NCBI GenBank assembly: GCA_963820825.1
Contig: CAWGBN010000006.1
Location: 448,001-512,000, forward strand
DNA length: 64,000 bases
Source: Vulcanimicrobiota bacterium
Lineage (GTDB): Bacteria > Vulcanimicrobiota > Vulcanimicrobiia > Vulcanimicrobiales > Vulcanimicrobiaceae
Reading direction: 5' to 3'
The notes under the pieces were generated by a model that made no database searches, was not told the DNA's origin, and saw nothing but the letters and a program-made list of their open reading frames with translations. A program made the translations under genes and the position numbers. Below are positions 61,122 to 64,000 of the stretch, piece by piece. The number at the start of each line of letters is the position of its first letter. The stretch's first letter is position 1.

Positions 61122-63399
61122 CTAAGAGCCCGCGCCGACCAACACGAGCGGATCGCTGGCCGTCACGTAACTTCCGGCCGTCTGCTGGTTGTTCGTTCCC
61201 AGGAGCGTAACGCGATACTGGTATTGATTCTGGGTGCGATCCATTACCGGAACGTGCAACGGTACCGGTGTGCCCGGCGCGGCGATCTCGAGGGTCTTCT
61301 GAAAGCTGTAGTTGTTGGCGGAGTCCTGATATACGGAATTCGACGACGGCGAGCTTGACCTGCGAGGCATCGAAGACCGGTTGGAACGTCAGGTCGAGGG
61401 CACCGGCGAACGGATCGCTCACCACGATCGCGCTGGCCGTCGACGAGACGCTCGGACCGGCGATCGTGGTTCCATCTTTCAGGTAACAATTGGTCGAGTA
61501 CGAGTACGCGTTGTCGGTCTTATCGGCCAGACGAAGCTTCCAACTCTGCGGTGGTGATCCGGGGCGGACGACGATGGTCTGCGCGGCTTTCCATCCGCTC
61601 TTCGCGGTGTATTGCAGCGGAACTTCGATGCGATCGACGACGTTGGGATCGATTCGGCCCGGCGCGATCGTGAGCGAGAGAAATCCGAGGAAATCGTACG
61701 GATCGAGAGTCAGCAGCCGGTTCTCGGTGGTGACCGCGGGGAGTGCGTACTCCAACTGCTCGCCCAGCCAACCCGATTCCGGATCGAACGCGTAATCGGC
61801 GGTATACGTGAACGACGTCGAATTAATCAACCCTTGATAGACGTCCCAGACCTGCTGCAGCTGGTGCGTTGCGTCGAAAACGAATTCGCCGTGCTTGGCC
61901 GGAACCGTCGTCGACGATGGGTCGCCGTAATCGAGCGCGACGTGTGCGGAGGCGAGGCCGATGCCGGCAAAGTCGCGCGGCGGATTGATCGTGACCGAGA
62001 ACTGATTGAAGAACGGATCGTTGCCGCTGACCTTGAGGAAGTGCTTGCTCTGATCGATGCCTTGCAGCAGAAGTCCGAAATACCCCTGGGGTGAGAACGT
62101 GCGCTGCACGGCGCTCATCTGTTTGTATTCGATTTCGACCGTTTTCAGCTCGTCTTGCGAGACGTATTTGAGCCGCAGCGAGAGACCGAACGGCGATGCC
62201 GCCGACGAGGCGCCGGCCGCCGTGCCTGCCGCTTTGGCGATTTGGTTGGCAACCGCACCCGCACCGCCGCTTGGGGCAGCCGATGGCTTGGCGCCGCCGG
62301 CCGCCGCGCTCGAAGCGCTCGGAGGTCTGGCCGCCGATGACGCGGTCGACGATGAGGCGCTCGACGATCCGGCATGCGGCGCCGATGCGCCACTCGAGGA
62401 CATCGAGCTCGACGACGAAGGACCGCCCATCGTCGGGTGCGAGGCGCTGGGGCTCTGCATCGAACTCGACGAATGCGCCGCACTCGAGCTTGCGGATCCG
62501 CCGGGCTGCGTCATGCCACCCGCGGGCGCCGTGCCGCCTGGACGCGCGGGAATGTTGACCGTCGACGCGTCGGCTGCCGCCGCAGTCGTCGGGCTGAGGC
62601 TCGGCGAGAACCACTGCGACATGATTTGGTCTTTGAAGAGATTGAGCGCCCACTGCTCTTGTTGCTCGGTCGAGGCGTCGGCGCTTAGGCTAATGACCTC
62701 GATGTTGATCACGCCGTCTTGACGCAACTTTTCGAAGGTAGCGTCGATACCGGCCGACGCCCAGTACGCCGACGCCGTCAAATCGACGCTGAATGAACTG
62801 TACGCCCGCTTCAGATCGGCGGTGATTTTGACGTCCAGCGCCGGTAAGACGCCGGTAAACTTCAGGTTGTAGATACCGCCGACGGGCGTCATTCCGTCTT
62901 GAAAGGCCTGTTCGAGAATCGTGGCGCCTTCCTCGCTGAGCGTGAGCGCGAAGACCGCGTCGTTGTTTCCGAACAACTCGGGATTGCTCGCGCCGAGAAT
63001 GTTCTCGACCGCGCTGCCCGTACCGGGAGCCGCGGAGGTCCCGCCGCTTCCCTGCAAGTTGAGCGCGACGACCTGCACCGTCCCATCGTCGAACGGTACC
63101 GGGGCGAGCCTCGGCTCCGAAACGTTCGGAAACTGCGTTCGGATTTGACCGACGATCTTCGATTGCGTGTCGTCGCTGACTTTGAGCGCCAACGTCACGT
63201 TCAAAAACCCCGTTCCTTTGATGCCGGCCGATGCGACGTCGGGCTCGTACATGATCAGCAGGAACTGCGGCTCGCTGCTGTCCGCCTCCGACTCTAGCCC
63301 GACGGGGCTCGGAAGATACCAAAACTGGTTCGGATCGGCATGGTCGGGGAAGACCGTGACGCCGTCGACCGTGAAGGTGCCGCTTGAAAACAGGAGCAT
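61122..63399 (-). CDS. Uncharacterised beta-rich protein with Ser/Ala/Pro linker; apparent single-base frameshift near 61335
   Basis: Begins GVTVFPDHADPNQFWYLP; after LAVVEF the natural continuation VYQDSANNY..YQYRVTLL..DPLVLVG* lies in another frame (ORF 61122-61370). Confidence 0.65.
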
Positions 63400-63415
63400 G
63401 CGCAGAAACCTCGCC

Positions 63416-64000
63416 TTAGGTGAGTTGACTCAGCGGAATCGTAACGTTGTTGCCGGCGATTGGGGTCCAATCGATCGACTTGGTCTGACCGTTGTTGAGA
63501 TGAATGTCGGCCCGGTACTGCGGGGCGATCTGATCGTTGAGATAATCGTACGCAAAGCTGCGAACGTCGGTCGCGCTCGTCAGCGTAACCGACTCGGTCG
63601 CATCGATCGCGTTGGCCGGATCGACGTAGCGAAGCTGGACGCCGATCTCCGCGATTTGACTCGCGCCAAAGTCGACCTGTTGCGGGGCGATCGAAAGGAT
63701 TTGATGGCCTTTCATCCCGTCTTGCAAGATCAAGTATTGACTGGAGATGACGGATCCCGGAATCGTCCAGATCTGTCCGTTGGTTCGCACCAGCCGTGCC
63801 TCGTAGTAGATCAAGTTCTGGGTCGGATCTTGGCGGTCGACTTCGAACGGCGGAGCCGTGGCGTTGGCTTGATTGAGCGTGAAGCTCTGCTGCACTACCG
63901 GCGCAGTCTTGTTCGGATAGGCGACGAAGACGAGCGCTTCGACGAACTGCGTCCAGTCGAGCGCGGCCAAGATCGTGAGCGTGATCTTGGTTGGATACGG
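63416..64000 (-). CDS. C-terminal part of a probable paralog of the 61122-63399 protein (5' truncated by window)
   Basis: Similar beta-sandwich pattern: LSIAPQQVDF..VQLRYVDPAN..QYRADI versus LTIAPGRID..VPLQY and YQDSANN..YQYRV. Confidence 0.55.
   Translation of the reverse strand, partial: PYPTKITLTILAALDWTQFVEALVFVAYPNKTAPVVQQSFTLNQANATAPPFEVDRQDPTQNLIYYEARLVRTNGQIWTIPGSVISSQYLILQDGMKGHQILSIAPQQVDFGASQIAEIGVQLRYVDPANAIDATESVTLTSATDVRSFAYDYLNDQIAPQYRADIHLNNGQTKSIDWTPIAGNNVTIPLSQLT

Noticed and set aside
60157..63399. Single 1080-aa protein
   Set aside because: Composition break and an alternative-frame C-terminus at 61122-61335 indicate two genes joined by a frameshift

Overview
GC-rich bacterial window. 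The many Cys-lipobox secreted beta-propeller proteins with GGSQPPIGAPG-type leaders suggest Ca. Eremiobacterota, but that is inference. 1-18.5 kb: an NHLP/bacteriocin-type C39 ABC export operon with a convergent double-glycine, Pro-rich precursor peptide, then typA and a run of secreted proteins. 19.1-50.0 kb: a tRNA-Sec (selC) gene followed by four tandem elements, each ending in a copy of the tRNA 3' end (shared 18-mer TCCTACACGCTCCCGCCA at 19206, 32486, 36900, 41893, 49990). Element 1 (13.3 kb) is a phage-satellite-like island with its own tyrosine integrase, whose ORF runs through the att site. Elements 2-4 (4.4, 5.0 and 8.1 kb) encode no recombinase. They share a ~200-bp right end with tandem CTACAC arm-like motifs and a 40-bp quasi-palindromic core whose 7-bp centre (AGAACGT) differs from the tRNA T-loop (TTCGATT). 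This looks like a tRNA-anchored, integrase-less cassette array and is the main candidate for an undescribed system. Its cargo is two inverted paralogous XRE-NTPase-TPR regulator/secreted-propeller modules and a CstR-like/RND/SQR sulfide module. 50-55.6 kb: a PD-(D/E)XK nuclease, an IS3 element and more secreted proteins. 55.6-64 kb: a tightly coupled minus-strand operon, cut by the window edge, with uncharacterised beta-rich proteins, an ABBA-like prenyltransferase, a squalene-cyclase-like protein, signal-less cell-wall hydrolases and a GT9. Several single-base frameshifts may be assembly errors.
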